Shown in pieces: positions 22,407 to 33,600 of a stretch of 64,000 bases of DNA. The DNA lies in contig QPMI01000533.1 of the NCBI GenBank assembly GCA_004431415.1, forward strand, positions 378,643 to 442,642. Reading direction: 5' to 3'. Every line of letters starts with the position of its first letter. The stretch's first letter is position 1. Source of the DNA: Cyanophora paradoxa CCMP329. Its lineage: Eukaryota > Plantae > Glaucophyta. Under the pieces are notes generated by a model, which saw only the letters and a list, made by a program, of their open reading frames with translations, did not search any database and had not been told where the DNA came from. The position numbers and the translations under genes are program-made.

Positions 22407-24486
22407 TCACGGGGAGGCGGCGAGACCTTCCATTTGGTCCACGAGGGACCGCTGCTTCTTGTATGCCCGCGCCTGCCCCGCAAGCTCCCGCCACAGCCGC
22501 CGCTGTCCTTCCGCGTCTGCGCGCCCGAGCGGCGTCGGCCGCGGGGTACGGCGGCCCGCGGGGGGTACGGCGCACCGGGGACGGATCGGACGAGGTCCGC
22601 GAGCGCTTCGAAGTCTGCGGGGTACGTCAGAGCGGCGCGGAGCGTTTGGCGGGCGCGCCGGCGCCCCGCCCGCACCGGTGCGGGGGCGTCGGAGGAGGCC
22701 GATGGCGGAGAGCTTCGTGGGGGGGGTACGGGCACGATCCGCTGGGGGCGGGCGGACATGGCCGCGGGGTGCGGGGAGGATGGCTCGTAAGGGGGGCCGG
22801 GGGAGCGCTTGGGGGCGAAGGCGGTGGAGGGCGGGCGGCGCGCGGCGGAGAAGGGGAGGGGCGAGGTGCGGCTGGGCTCAGAGGGGCCGGGGGCGGCTGC
22901 AGCTGCAGGGGACGGGGACGGGTTGCGGGGGGATGGCTGGCTGGGCCGGGCCCGCGGGGGCGGCGGAGCGGCGGCCGCGGGCGGAGGGGTACCGGTGCCG
23001 TTCGCGAGCGTCTCGGGGGCCGGTGGGGGCGAAGGGGCCGAGACGGAAAGGAGAGGGGGGAGCAAAGGTGGTCCCGGCGGAGGAGCGGCGGGGGATACGG
23101 CGGGCTCCTGTGCAGGGGGCAGAGGGGCGGGCGAGGCGGGGGGCTGCTCCGGGGGGACGGCCACGGGGGACGATGGGGCGGGGCCAGGGCCCGGGGTGCG
23201 AGGGGCGCCGGACGCGCCAGGGGTAGGGGCGGGCGAGCCGGGGCGGGATCCCGGGCGCGGGGGCGCTGGGGAGCGGGGCCGTCCGGGCCGCCTCCCGCGG
23301 TTCGTCGGGCCCTGCACTGCAGAGTCAACCGGATAAACACAAAAGGGCGCCAGGTGGATTCGATCCCGGACCTGATTGGCCTCGTCCTCCTCGTCGCCCC
23401 CCGGAGCGACGGCCGCGGGGGACGATGGGCGGGTCCAGGGCCTGGAGTGCGAAGGGCGCCGGGCGCCGGCGCGCCGTGGGAAGAGGGGGGAAGAGGAGGG
23501 GGGGGGGGGGGGGGGGAGGATGGGGATGCGGGATCCCGTGCGCAGGAGGCCGCGGAGAGAAGAAGATCGAAAAGGGGAAGGGAGGAGGGGGGGCGGGGAG
23601 GGGGGGGGGGGGGCGGGGGTGGAGGGCGGGTACCTTCGAGAAGATCAGAGGTACAGAATGAACCAGGGCGGGGGTACACGGACCTTGACGCGGCCGCAGC
23701 TGATGCAGCAGCAGACACGGAGCTCGATCTCGAGCTGCCGCTTCTGCTGCGTGATTGACTGCGCGAATTGCTGCCGGGCCGATTAGGCAGACCGGGCGGG
23801 GGTACGGGCGCCTGGCCGCTGGAAGGGCAGGGGGTACGCGCACCTGGCTAACGATCGCCTGCGCCGTGTTCTTGATGTTCGGCTTGAGCAGACCGGGTAC
23901 CTCCACAACGCCCTGCGGGGTACAGGGAAGCGTTTCAAACGCCGGGCCGGGCGGGGGGTACGGCTTGGCCCGGGCGCACCTTCAGCTTGTAGCAGATGCG
24001 GGCCTTGTAGCTCCCGCGCTCCTCGTGGAAGCTTGGGGGGGGGGAGGGGGAGGGGGGAGGTAGGCGGGGAAGGGGAGGGGGTACGGGCGTCGCGGCGCGC
24101 CTGGAGGGAGGTCGGGGGGTGGGGGGGGGGGAAGGAGAAGGGGAGCGGGTACTGGCCGGGCGCGATCTCGACCTGGTACGTCGCCATAGGGATCTTGACC
24201 TGTACCCGGGCGCGGGCGTTGGCGTGGGCGAGGGAGGGGGCAGGGGTACAGCACGCGGGGCGCCGGCGAGGGGGAGGGGGCGGGGTACTCTCAAGAACTC
24301 GTGCGTGCCCTCACAGCGGTCCGCGACTGTGTGAGAGCTCTTTCCGTCCGACACAGTCCGCTGCTCCGTCCACTCCGCCTGCGCGGCGCTCGGCGCGGGA
24401 CGCGCGTGCCGCGGCGCCCGCTCGCGGAGGCGGCTCACCTTTTCGAAGCCCTTGACCTTCAGCGCGATGCTGTCGGCTCTCGTGGG
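22407..24486 (-). pseudogene. Chimeric gene/pseudogene copy 2: longer arrestin fragment fused to a longer INTS6 3' fragment
   Basis: PTRADSIALKVKGFEK / AEWTEQRTVSDGKSSHTV / EIAPGQYPLPFSF / SFHEERGSYKARICYKLK / VEVPGLLKPNIKNTAQAIVSQ / QFAQSITQQKRQLEIELRVCCCISCGRVK; then 22407-23405 is near-identical to INTS6 44754-45745 (GGDEEDEANQ...YKKQRSLVDQMEG). Indels in homopolymers. Confidence 0.8.
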
Positions 24487-25429
24487 CTGCAGGAGGCGAG
24501 CCGCGGTCGGGCGCTGGCGCGGGAGGGGAAGAGGCGGGGCGGCGCCGCTCGGCGGGCTCCCGACCTCAAACGGCGCGCGCGGGAGGGTCGCGCGGCGCAG
24601 AGGGCTGCGGCGGCGCGGCCTCCGGGCGGCCGGACCCGTTCCCGGCGCCCGGGACCTGAGCTCGCGCCGTCCGCCCGCGCTGGCGTCCATGGTGCGCGCC
24701 GCAGCTCCCGCGCCGTAGCCCGGCGTCAACTTCTTGTAGCTGCGCGCTTTGTGAGCGCATGGAGAGCGTTGGGCCCGCGCCGGACAGGCGGGTGCGGCGG
24801 CGCGACGACGCACCTGCGGCCGGGCCGCGGCGTCCCCAGCGCGTCCCACGGGGGCCGATCGTGCGTGGATCCGATCATTTTGATAGCCGGGGCGTCCATT
24901 TCAAGCGCTGAGGGGGCGCATGGCTCTCGATTCGCGGCGCGCGCCCAACTCTGTGCAGGGAAGCCGCGGAGCGAGCCTGCGCGACAAACGAGTCGGCGGC
25001 GTCCAGCAGACCGGCGAGAATGGCCCATTGCGCACCGAGGACGGGTTCCTGTGCGCCACCGCCGAGTCGGCGGCTCGTTTGGGGTAGAGTGTGCATGCCA
25101 GTTTGCAACGAGTGCGGTCACTGCACACCCGAAGCTGCCGCCGGGCGCCGCGGCAGGTGCAGGGCGCCGCGGCGCTCTCGAGAGACAGCAGATCGCCCGT
25201 AGAGCGTGTGTTCTGTGACGGCCCCTTCTTCGCGCTCCTCTTTGCGATCTTCGCATTGTGGACGAGCAGCAACAAGCAGAGCAAATATGCGTGGTTGGCA
25301 GCGCCCCCATCGCAGCGCCCCAGCCAACCGCGCCACAGCCGCGCGCGGGCAGCTGGCCATGCAGCGCCCTGCGTGTGCTCCGCTCGCCGCGGCTCGTTAC
25401 CAGTCGCTCGCTGTCGCGAAACGCGGCGG

Positions 25430-28400
25430 CCGGTGCGCGGGCGCTCGGGGGCGCTGCAGTGCGGAGCCGCCGCCTCCGCGCGGGAGCCGCCGCCGCGGCG
25501 GGAGCGCCCAGAGCGCGCCCCGCGCGCCGGCGCACCGGCGAGGCCGTCCAAGGCCGCCGCGCCGCCTTCCCCGCCTGCCCTGGCGCCGGCGCTTGCAAGC
25601 GCGCCCCTCGCCGCTCCGGTCCCTGCGCCGGCGCCGGCGCCGCCGGCGGGGGGCGGGCGCGTGTGGGAGGCAATGCGGCCGCTCGTGCCCGCTCGCAAGG
25701 TCGATCTGGAGGAGACCGGCACCCAGACGTGCGCCCGCCCCGCCCGCCTCCCTGCCCCGCCCCGCCTGACGCCGGCGCAGGGACCCGAGGAGACGGAGCT
25801 GACGGCGTCGATGTCCCTCGACGGCTCCTGCCTCTACGCTTCGATCCCCGAGGCCGCCTTCGTCTCCGACCGTGCGCTGTACCCGGCCCGGGCCCGGGCC
25901 CCGCGGCCGCCGGTGCTGAGGGCGGGCGGGGCAGAGGCCGGGGCCAGGCGGGGGCGCTGACGCGGGCGGGCCGGGCGCGCCTGTGGAAGGCCGGCCTGAC
26001 CGACGCGGGGAGGCGCCCCCGAGGACGAGGAGGGTGCCGGCGCCGTCGCCCGCCACCCCATCGCCGCCCTCCGCGTAATGCGCGCCCCCGCCCCGGCCCC
26101 CTCCCCGCCGCCCTCACCTCGCCCCCTCTCGCAGATCCGAGTACCCCCGGAGCCCCCGCACTGCCGACGTGCTCCTCGAGGAGAACGATCCCCGGCAGGT
26201 CCGCGTACCCCCGAGTGGACCGTACCCCGGTACCCCGGGGACAAACCGGTACCCCGCAGAGGAACGACATCACGATCCACTTCCTCGCGCTCGCCCCCCC
26301 CCGCCCACAGCAACGCCCCCCAGTCCGTCTACTTCACGTTCCAGGTTGGAACCCGCGCGGGCCCCTTTCCTTTCCGCCGGCCGCGCCGCCGCGTGACGCC
26401 GGCGGCCGGCCCTGCAGTTCTACCACTACGCCCCCGTGGTCACGGAGCCCCTCATGCTGGCCAAGCCGGCGGCCTCGGCGCCACCCACGGCCCCGCGCAT
26501 CCTGGTCCGCTCGGCCGAGCAGGAGAACAGCGACGGCCCGGGCCTCCCCATCAAGTTCAAGGCGCGCCGTACCCCCCCTGCTCTTCGAAACGGTTCCCGC
26601 CCAGAATCGAACCCGCGACCGCAGGTCGACCTGCCCAAGTTCGCGCGCGCGGACGAGTGCCGCGTCTTCGCCGAGGTACCCCCTTTCTCCAATCTTTCTC
26701 CCGCCCGCTGCAGCTGAACCTAACTTCGTACCCCCCTTCTCAGTACCTGCGGGACAAGGCCCTCGAGATTGACGTGTGGGACGCCACCTCGCTCTTCCTC
26801 ATCGGTACCCCCCCGCCCCTGCCCCCGAGACCTCGTACCCCTCCCTCCCTCCCGGCCGACGCCGGCGGGCAGGCACCGTCCGCATCCCGCTCAAGTCGCT
26901 CATGCGCAAGCACAAGGAGGCGGTTCAGATCACGCAGGGTCCGCGGGGGGGTACCGCGATGCTCCGGCCGCCGCTTACGGCGCGCCGGCAGAGTTCGAGA
27001 TCGTGCACACGCCGTATGGCCCGCCGCCGGAGGAGGAGGACGGGCTGTCGGCGCGGAGCACGCCGCTGCGGCCCGGGGGCGTCAACGCGACGCCGGGGCC
27101 CGTGTACAAGGCGCACGGCGCCCCGCAGGCCCGCGGCCGCCTGCAGCTCCGCATCTCCAACGAGGGCCACATGAGCGGTCCGTCCGCGGCGCCAACTCCT
27201 CCGCCGCGGCCCTCCCTCTCTGATCCGAGGGGGCGCAGAGGGCCCCAGGCCTGCGAAGGACGCGGAGGGGCGCCCCGCGCCCGCCGCGCCCCGGGTGCGC
27301 TCCTCGCTGGCCGTCATTCCGGTCTCCCGCCTTGGGACGGAGGTCCCCACGGAGCCCGGGCGCGTCCGCACGCACCGCGCGCGCCCCGTCAAAGTCTGCC
27401 CGCCCGCCCCCTCTCCGCTCCGAACTCCATCGCCGGGATTCGAACCCGCGTCGTTCAGGAGAGCGACCGGGAGCTCGCCGACGCGATCCGCGAGGAGGAG
27501 TCGCGCTACGCCGACTCGGAGGGGTACGCCGATCCCGGGGGGGTACGGCGCGCGAACTGGCGGGGTCTGAGGGACGGCCGCGGCGCAGGTCGGGGGTGGA
27601 GAGGCGGCCTATGGCGCGGGAGCAGGAAATCCGCCAGCGGGAGCGGAACCTGCGCGCGATCCAGAACTGGCGCGAGCGGTGCGCGCCGCCCGCTCGACGC
27701 TTTGCACGAGTAGCCGCAGCCGCGCGCTGAGCGGCGCGGTGCGGCGGGGCGGGCGCAGGCGGAAGAAGCAGGTGATCCAGGACATGCTCATGCAGAGCCT
27801 CACCACCGTCCACACCATCTACCCCTCCTTCGGCCGCACCTGGTGCGTACCCCTGCATGCAGCGGCCCCCGCGCCGCGAAGCGATCGCCGTACCCCCTCC
27901 GCGCAGCTTCTTCGAGATCGCTTTCGTGAACCCGTACCTCCACGACGACTGCTTCATCATCTCCTTCGACGACCCCGACCTCCGGTCCAGGTGTACCCCT
28001 CCTCCCGCCCGGCCGCCGCCGACGGCCCCCGGGAGGTACAGTATTGTGCGGGACACGAAGGAGTGGCGGGCCCACAAGCGCGTGCGCGGGCTCACGACGC
28101 CGCTCGAGGACGACCTCGTCTCCGAGCACAACGAGGTACCCCCGCCCCACTACTTCCCCCCCCCAACCTGACGGCGTACCCCCCGCAGCTGCTGGTGCAC
28201 GCGCGGGAGACGGTGTACGTGCCGTTCGTCTTCCAGAGCTTCAGCTGCGGGACGCTGCGGGCGGCGATGCTGGGCGACGGCGCGGCGGGCGGCGAGGAGG
28301 CGACGCCGCGGGCGCGGCAGGAGCGGGGCGGGGAGGAGGGCCCCGACGAGCCGATCCGCCCGCGCCGGACGGACGTCTCCTTCTACAACCGCGCCGGCCG

Positions 28401-30077
28401 CCTCGTCTACGTCGTCCGCGTCCACGTAGCCCCCCAGGTCCCCGCCCCGTACCCCCCGCCCCTTCCCCCCCCCCCCGTCCCTACTGACGCGCCGGCAGCC
28501 CTTCGCCCCCGACCGCACCTTCCGCTTCCACCACCCCGAGAACGACTTCTTCAAGGTACCCCCCTCCGCTCTGCATCCCTGTACCCTGCACCCCAGCGCG
28601 CCAACGGGGCGGCGGGCAGACGCGGCTGGGGATCGAGGTGACGGCGGCGTCGTCGCCGGCGGAGCAGGTGCTGGCGGCGCTCGACCCGGCGGGCCGCGGC
28701 TACAAGCACGTCCGCTGCTCCCACGCCAACGTCGTCGTCCGCACCGAGAACGGCGCCAAGCGCCAGGCGAGCCGGCCGTCCCGCCCTGAACCTCCCGCCC
28801 CGCCCCACCGGCTGACGCCCGCCCGGTCAGGACGTGTTCGTGAAGTACCGGTGCGGGGGCTGGCCCCACGTCGGCCGCTTCTTCCTCCTCGTCTACCACG
28901 ACCCCGCCAACTCGTTCCTCCACGAGGCCCGCCCCGCCCCGCCCCGCCTGTCCCCGCGCCCGCGCCCGGCTCACGGGGCGGGGCGGGGGTACAGGTGTGG
29001 CAGGTCTTCGTCTCGGCGCTCCACTCGATGGACGTCTCCTCCCCCGTCGGCCAGGCGCGTACCCCGGCCTCGAGACGGGGGGTACGCTGACCGGCCCCGC
29101 AGACGCACCGCGCCTCTCTCTTCATCCCCGCCGCCGCCGCCCCCCGCACCGTCCAGGCTCGTACCCCCCACCGCCCGCCCTTGCCCTTTCTCCGCTCAGC
29201 GGTACCCCCGCAGGTCCACTCCTCGAACCCGGACCTGGTGCAGGTCCAACCCTCCGCCCCCTTCGCCCTCGTCTCCGGCAGGCCCGCCATCCCCGGCCTC
29301 GTACCCCCTCCCCCGCCCACTTTCGAATTCGCCGCAGCGTCAACGAGCTCTCGATGGCGTACCGCCCCCTCCGCGTCGGGACCGCCGACGTCCTCCTCCA
29401 CGTCGTCGGTACCCCCCTCGCCTCCCCGTACCCCGCGGGACCCGCCGAGCGGGCCGCCCCGCAGACGTCGCGGCGCGGGAGCTTGTTGGCGCGTGGCTCG
29501 TCGAGACCAACGCTCGGCCCCCCTACGTCGGTGCGGCCCCGTACCCCTCTCCGGCCCCGGCCCCGCGCCCGGGGGAGAGCGGCCGGCGCAGGCAAGACCT
29601 TCGAGGTCGCAGTACCCTCCGGCATCGCCTGCAACAAGGTCCGCTGCGCCCCCCCCCTACCCCCCCTTCGTTCGCCACGCGTACCCTCGCGGTGGCGAAC
29701 GGCGGGCGCAGAAAATATCGTTCAAGAACCCGTACGGCGAGCGCAAGGCCTTCGTGCTGCGGACCAGTCACCCCCACCTCGTCCAGTTCCGGGACACACG
29801 GTATATACGTACCCCCGCCCTCGCCCTTGCCCCGGACCCCGTACCCCCCTGATCCGGGCCGGGGCCGGGGCCAGGCTCGACCTGGAGCCGTTCGGCGCGG
29901 CGTACATCGGCCTGCGCCTCCTCCCGCAGGTCCGATACCCCCCCCCCCCCCCCCCTCCCCCGCCCGAAGCCGACGCGGGGGCAGTCGGTGCCGCGGGTGG
30001 AGGAGGTGCACGTCTTCGTGAACGACGCGGAGGACAAGAGCGAGGACTGCCTCTGCGTCCGCGTCCAGTACTGCTAG
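25430..30077 (+). CDS. NPHP4: Nephrocystin-4 (ciliary transition-zone protein), middle C2 domain and C-terminal Ig-like domains; N-terminal half not found
   Basis: Exons give EENDPRQ/RNDITIHFLA, SVYFTFQ/FYHYAP, YLRDKALEIDVWDATSLFLIG, RGRLQLRISNEGH, FFEIAFVNPY, DRTFRFHHPENDFFK, KTFEVAVP, KISFKNPY, VHVFVNDAEDKSEDCLCVRVQYC*, matching recalled NPHP4 motifs (TVYFTFQFY, LQIDVWDGDSLLLIG). Stop TAG 30075-30077; 5' boundary approximate. Confidence 0.9.
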
Positions 30078-30695
30078 CCGGGCCTAGCCTCCGCCCCCGC
30101 CCCCGCACCCGGGCCTCTCTTGCGGGGCCCGCCCCCGTCTTTTATTCAAGTTAAGCTCTTCGGTTAATCGCGCACGCACGCACGTGCGCTGCTGGGCACC
30201 TCCTGGGCCGCTCTTGCGAGGCTCGCAGGGCCAGCCACCGTCTTTCATTCAGCTCTTCGGATTTCATACACGGCCGAGCTCGAGCTGAACATATATGAGC
30301 TATAGCTGAGAGCTACAGATGCAGCTCATGATCAAAGGCTCCGGATCCCCGAGCTACAGCTGAGAGCCCCCGAGCTACAGCTGAGAGCCGCGGCCGGCGC
30401 CCGGCCGGGGCGCCGGGATGTTCGTGGGGAGGAGGGGTAGCAGGAGCCGCCGAGGCGGAGAGGCTTGCCCCTATCCCTAGCTATAGCTATATCTTAGAAA
30501 AGGGAGCGGGGGAAACGAAGCATCGAAAAATGAAATCGAAGCTTTCAACCTATAAGCTCCCACCCGCCTTCTGATTCTATTGCAAATGATTTTTCACAAT
30601 ATCAATGCATTGCAGCACGTGCACGTGCGCATGCACCGGCCCTACAAATGCTGTGTGGCGCCTATCAAAAGCTGCAGGCGCCTGGCTTTCTTCTA

Positions 30696-33600
30696 TTATC
30701 TATCTGAAAAACCGAAGCAAACCGTTGATGAGGCCGCCGAGCTGATGCCGCATGGTGATGAGTCTGGACTGGAACGGGTAGAGGCGCTTGGGGGGCAGAA
30801 TTTCGTATCCGCACGCGATCAGCAGCCGAAGCAGGGCTGCGGCGAGGCGGGGCGAGCGGGCGGGGCAGCGGTCCGGTCAGAAGCGAGATGCTGGAGGCAT
30901 GGATTAATATTGCAGACTCCGACTCGCCTTTGACCGTGTTCTTCGCCATCGCCTGCTCGTCCACGATCTCGATCGCGGCGGCGGCGCTGGCGGACTGCCC
31001 CGGCTCCACGCGCCGGCGCACGCCAAGGCACTCGTACGGCACCTGGGGCCGGGGAGAAGGGGCGAAGAGGGAGGAAGCGTCGTTAACGCTGTCAGTCAGG
31101 ACGACGAGGTCGCAGAGCAGAGGAGCGGCGACGTTGGCCATGGCGCACCAGGAGGTTGTTTATCTGGCGCTGCTTGCTCTTGTCGGGCCCGTACATGAAG
31201 CCTGCGCGGCGATGGCGGGCCGGGCGCGTCATGGAAAAAGGAAGGAGGACGCGACGCGACGCAGATTAAACGGGAAAGGGGGCGGACCCTCGCGCTTCTT
31301 CTTGCGGGCCCAGACCTCGTGGGCGTTGCGCGCCAGCAGGTCGACCAGCTGCTCCATCCCGTGCTCGTCGTGCAGGGGCTGGGCGGACGTCCTCGAGAGC
31401 CACTCGGTCGGCCACCAGCTCCAGTCGACCGCCCCGTTCCGGCTCTTCATCTCCTGCGTTTCGGAAAAGTGTTGGACTTCAGAAAGCGCGTGTCCAACGA
31501 TATATAGAACATCGTCTTACGTCGAGCTTTTTCTCATACGTCTTCCTGTTGACCCTCATCAGGATGTAGTTCTGCGCACAGTCCAATTGCTTTCAGATCC
31601 AGTTGTCAAGTTCGATTTCAAATAAAGTTATACCTTCGGCAAGTTCTTTTGGGTGATGTAATGCTTCCACGCGGGATCCCGTTCCAGCACGTTGACGTTC
31701 GAGTTTTCAGTGCTCGGCGGCACAAACTTGTAGCTGCAAGCAGGTCAGCCCAGCTAGCAAGCATAGCCGATGCATAGCTATAGTCAGTCGATCGAACCCG
31801 CAGTACATTGCCGCAAAAATAATCTGCAATAGCAGCACTGAGCGTGCAATGTAGAGATAGAGGTATCTCCTTGCATCGTTCACAAACCTCGAGAGCCTTT
31901 CCAATCTCCTCTTCGAATTCTTTCTTGTTGACTTCTTGCACGCTCTTGCCCTCGACGATTTCATTGTCGCTTAGCTTTCGCAGCGAAAAGAAATTCTGCG
32001 TGCGTACGGTTCATACACCCGCAGACGTGCCTGCCGCATGCCGCATGGTTGCACACACCTGAAGTTCGCTGTTCAGCTTCCTCTCGTCGTCGAAACCCTT
32101 TTCGCAGTACCTGCACAGGCATGATAAACCTTCCTACTAGGCTACGCGCTCTATCACAAGCGATGCGCTAGAACGCACTTCCAGCCGTCCTTCACGCGGC
32201 TGCGGACCCACTGGTCGTGGTGGACCATTCCGAGCGCGACGACGAGGGAAATGTCAGTCCGTTCGACGCGCACCTGCGATGTGAGCGATGTTGTCAGACA
32301 ATTGCGACGTGATTTGCAATTGCAATCGGCGCGTTGCGTCTCTTAGACTCAGACCTTTTCAGCACGGGCGATTTCTTCAAGATTGCTCGTTTGCATCGGC
32401 TGTGACTTCGTCGGCTCGAGCTCTATAGCTACATCTTCGGATTTCGTGATCGTCGCTATTTCAATTGGAACTCTGATGCGGCGTAGAGAGTCAAGCAATT
32501 TCTCGCGTCTGCTAGCGCGCGCAAGCAATCAGAACGATATGTACACAGGAAACCCGATAGTGTTTCGTGCAGTCTGCGCACGCATTCTCGTTCGCTGATA
32601 CGCCGGAGCTCGAGGTTGTATCGTAAGGGCGAGGCAGCCAAATCGCGTTTCTTTCAGCGTTCTGAGTGCAGGCGTCGCATGAGATTTCGGAATATGATCA
32701 TCACTAGTACTAACCATGTCCATTTTCACAAAGCAGTGCGCGGGCAACGTCGAAAGGAAGCGCAGGGTCTGCGATGCAAGTAGCTCATGATCATGAGAAC
32801 AAAAACGAAGTCAGCCAATCGAAAAGACAATGCTGGCTCGCCTCGGCCTTCACGTCTGTCTCATTTGCTCCAAAGCGCTTTCTGAGGGTGATTTCGCGAA
32901 CGATGTCCGCAACCTGTCCATGGCCGATGGTTGCAGTCTGTGCAAATACGACGCAGACCTCATAATAAATAATATGACACACCTCATCGAATCGGAGCGA
33001 CTCGCGAATGACGAGTGACTGCCCACCCTCGAGCTCGGAAGATACGTTCATGATTGTGAGATAGAGATCCTGTACGCGCCGATCGAACTGCAACATCGAG
33101 AATTCAGTTGGATTTTATCAGTGGATAGGTAGCTATGCAATTTCAAGGGAATACGTATACCTCATTCACAGCCACAGTGAGGTGCTCGTAGAACTCCGGC
33201 TTCAGACCCGCCCGCTCGAGGATCTTCTGCTCGCCCTGAGGACAGAGTTTTTACGTCAAGGCATGAAAAGTTCATTGCGGCTTCGAATTCGTCGACGTAC
33301 CCCGATCTCGCGGATAGCCTTGCGTCGGCCCACAACTTGTGTCTCGTCCTTAAGCTTGTCAAAAAACTCAATTGCCTCCTTGTGCTTCGCCTCCGAATCT
33401 GGAAGGCAGGGAAATCACGTGAAAGACGTGGTATATGTATTCGAATTTCTGCTGTGCTCGCCTACATACGCGCTGTTGCGCGCTGCTGCAGGCATTAGAT
33501 GCGTTCACTCTGCACGAGCATGATTCACGCAATGGATAAAGTGCTTGCCTGCGATCGTGGCCTCGTTCTCTCGGCTGGACACGACGTGCACTTTGGAAGA

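Noticed and set aside
26290-26305. Frameshift in NPHP4 (also in INTS6 near 45400 and other C/G runs) as pseudogenisation or programmed frameshifting
   Set aside because: Most fall in or near homopolymer runs, and the satellite shows the same 1-nt indel noise, so long-read assembly error is more likely.
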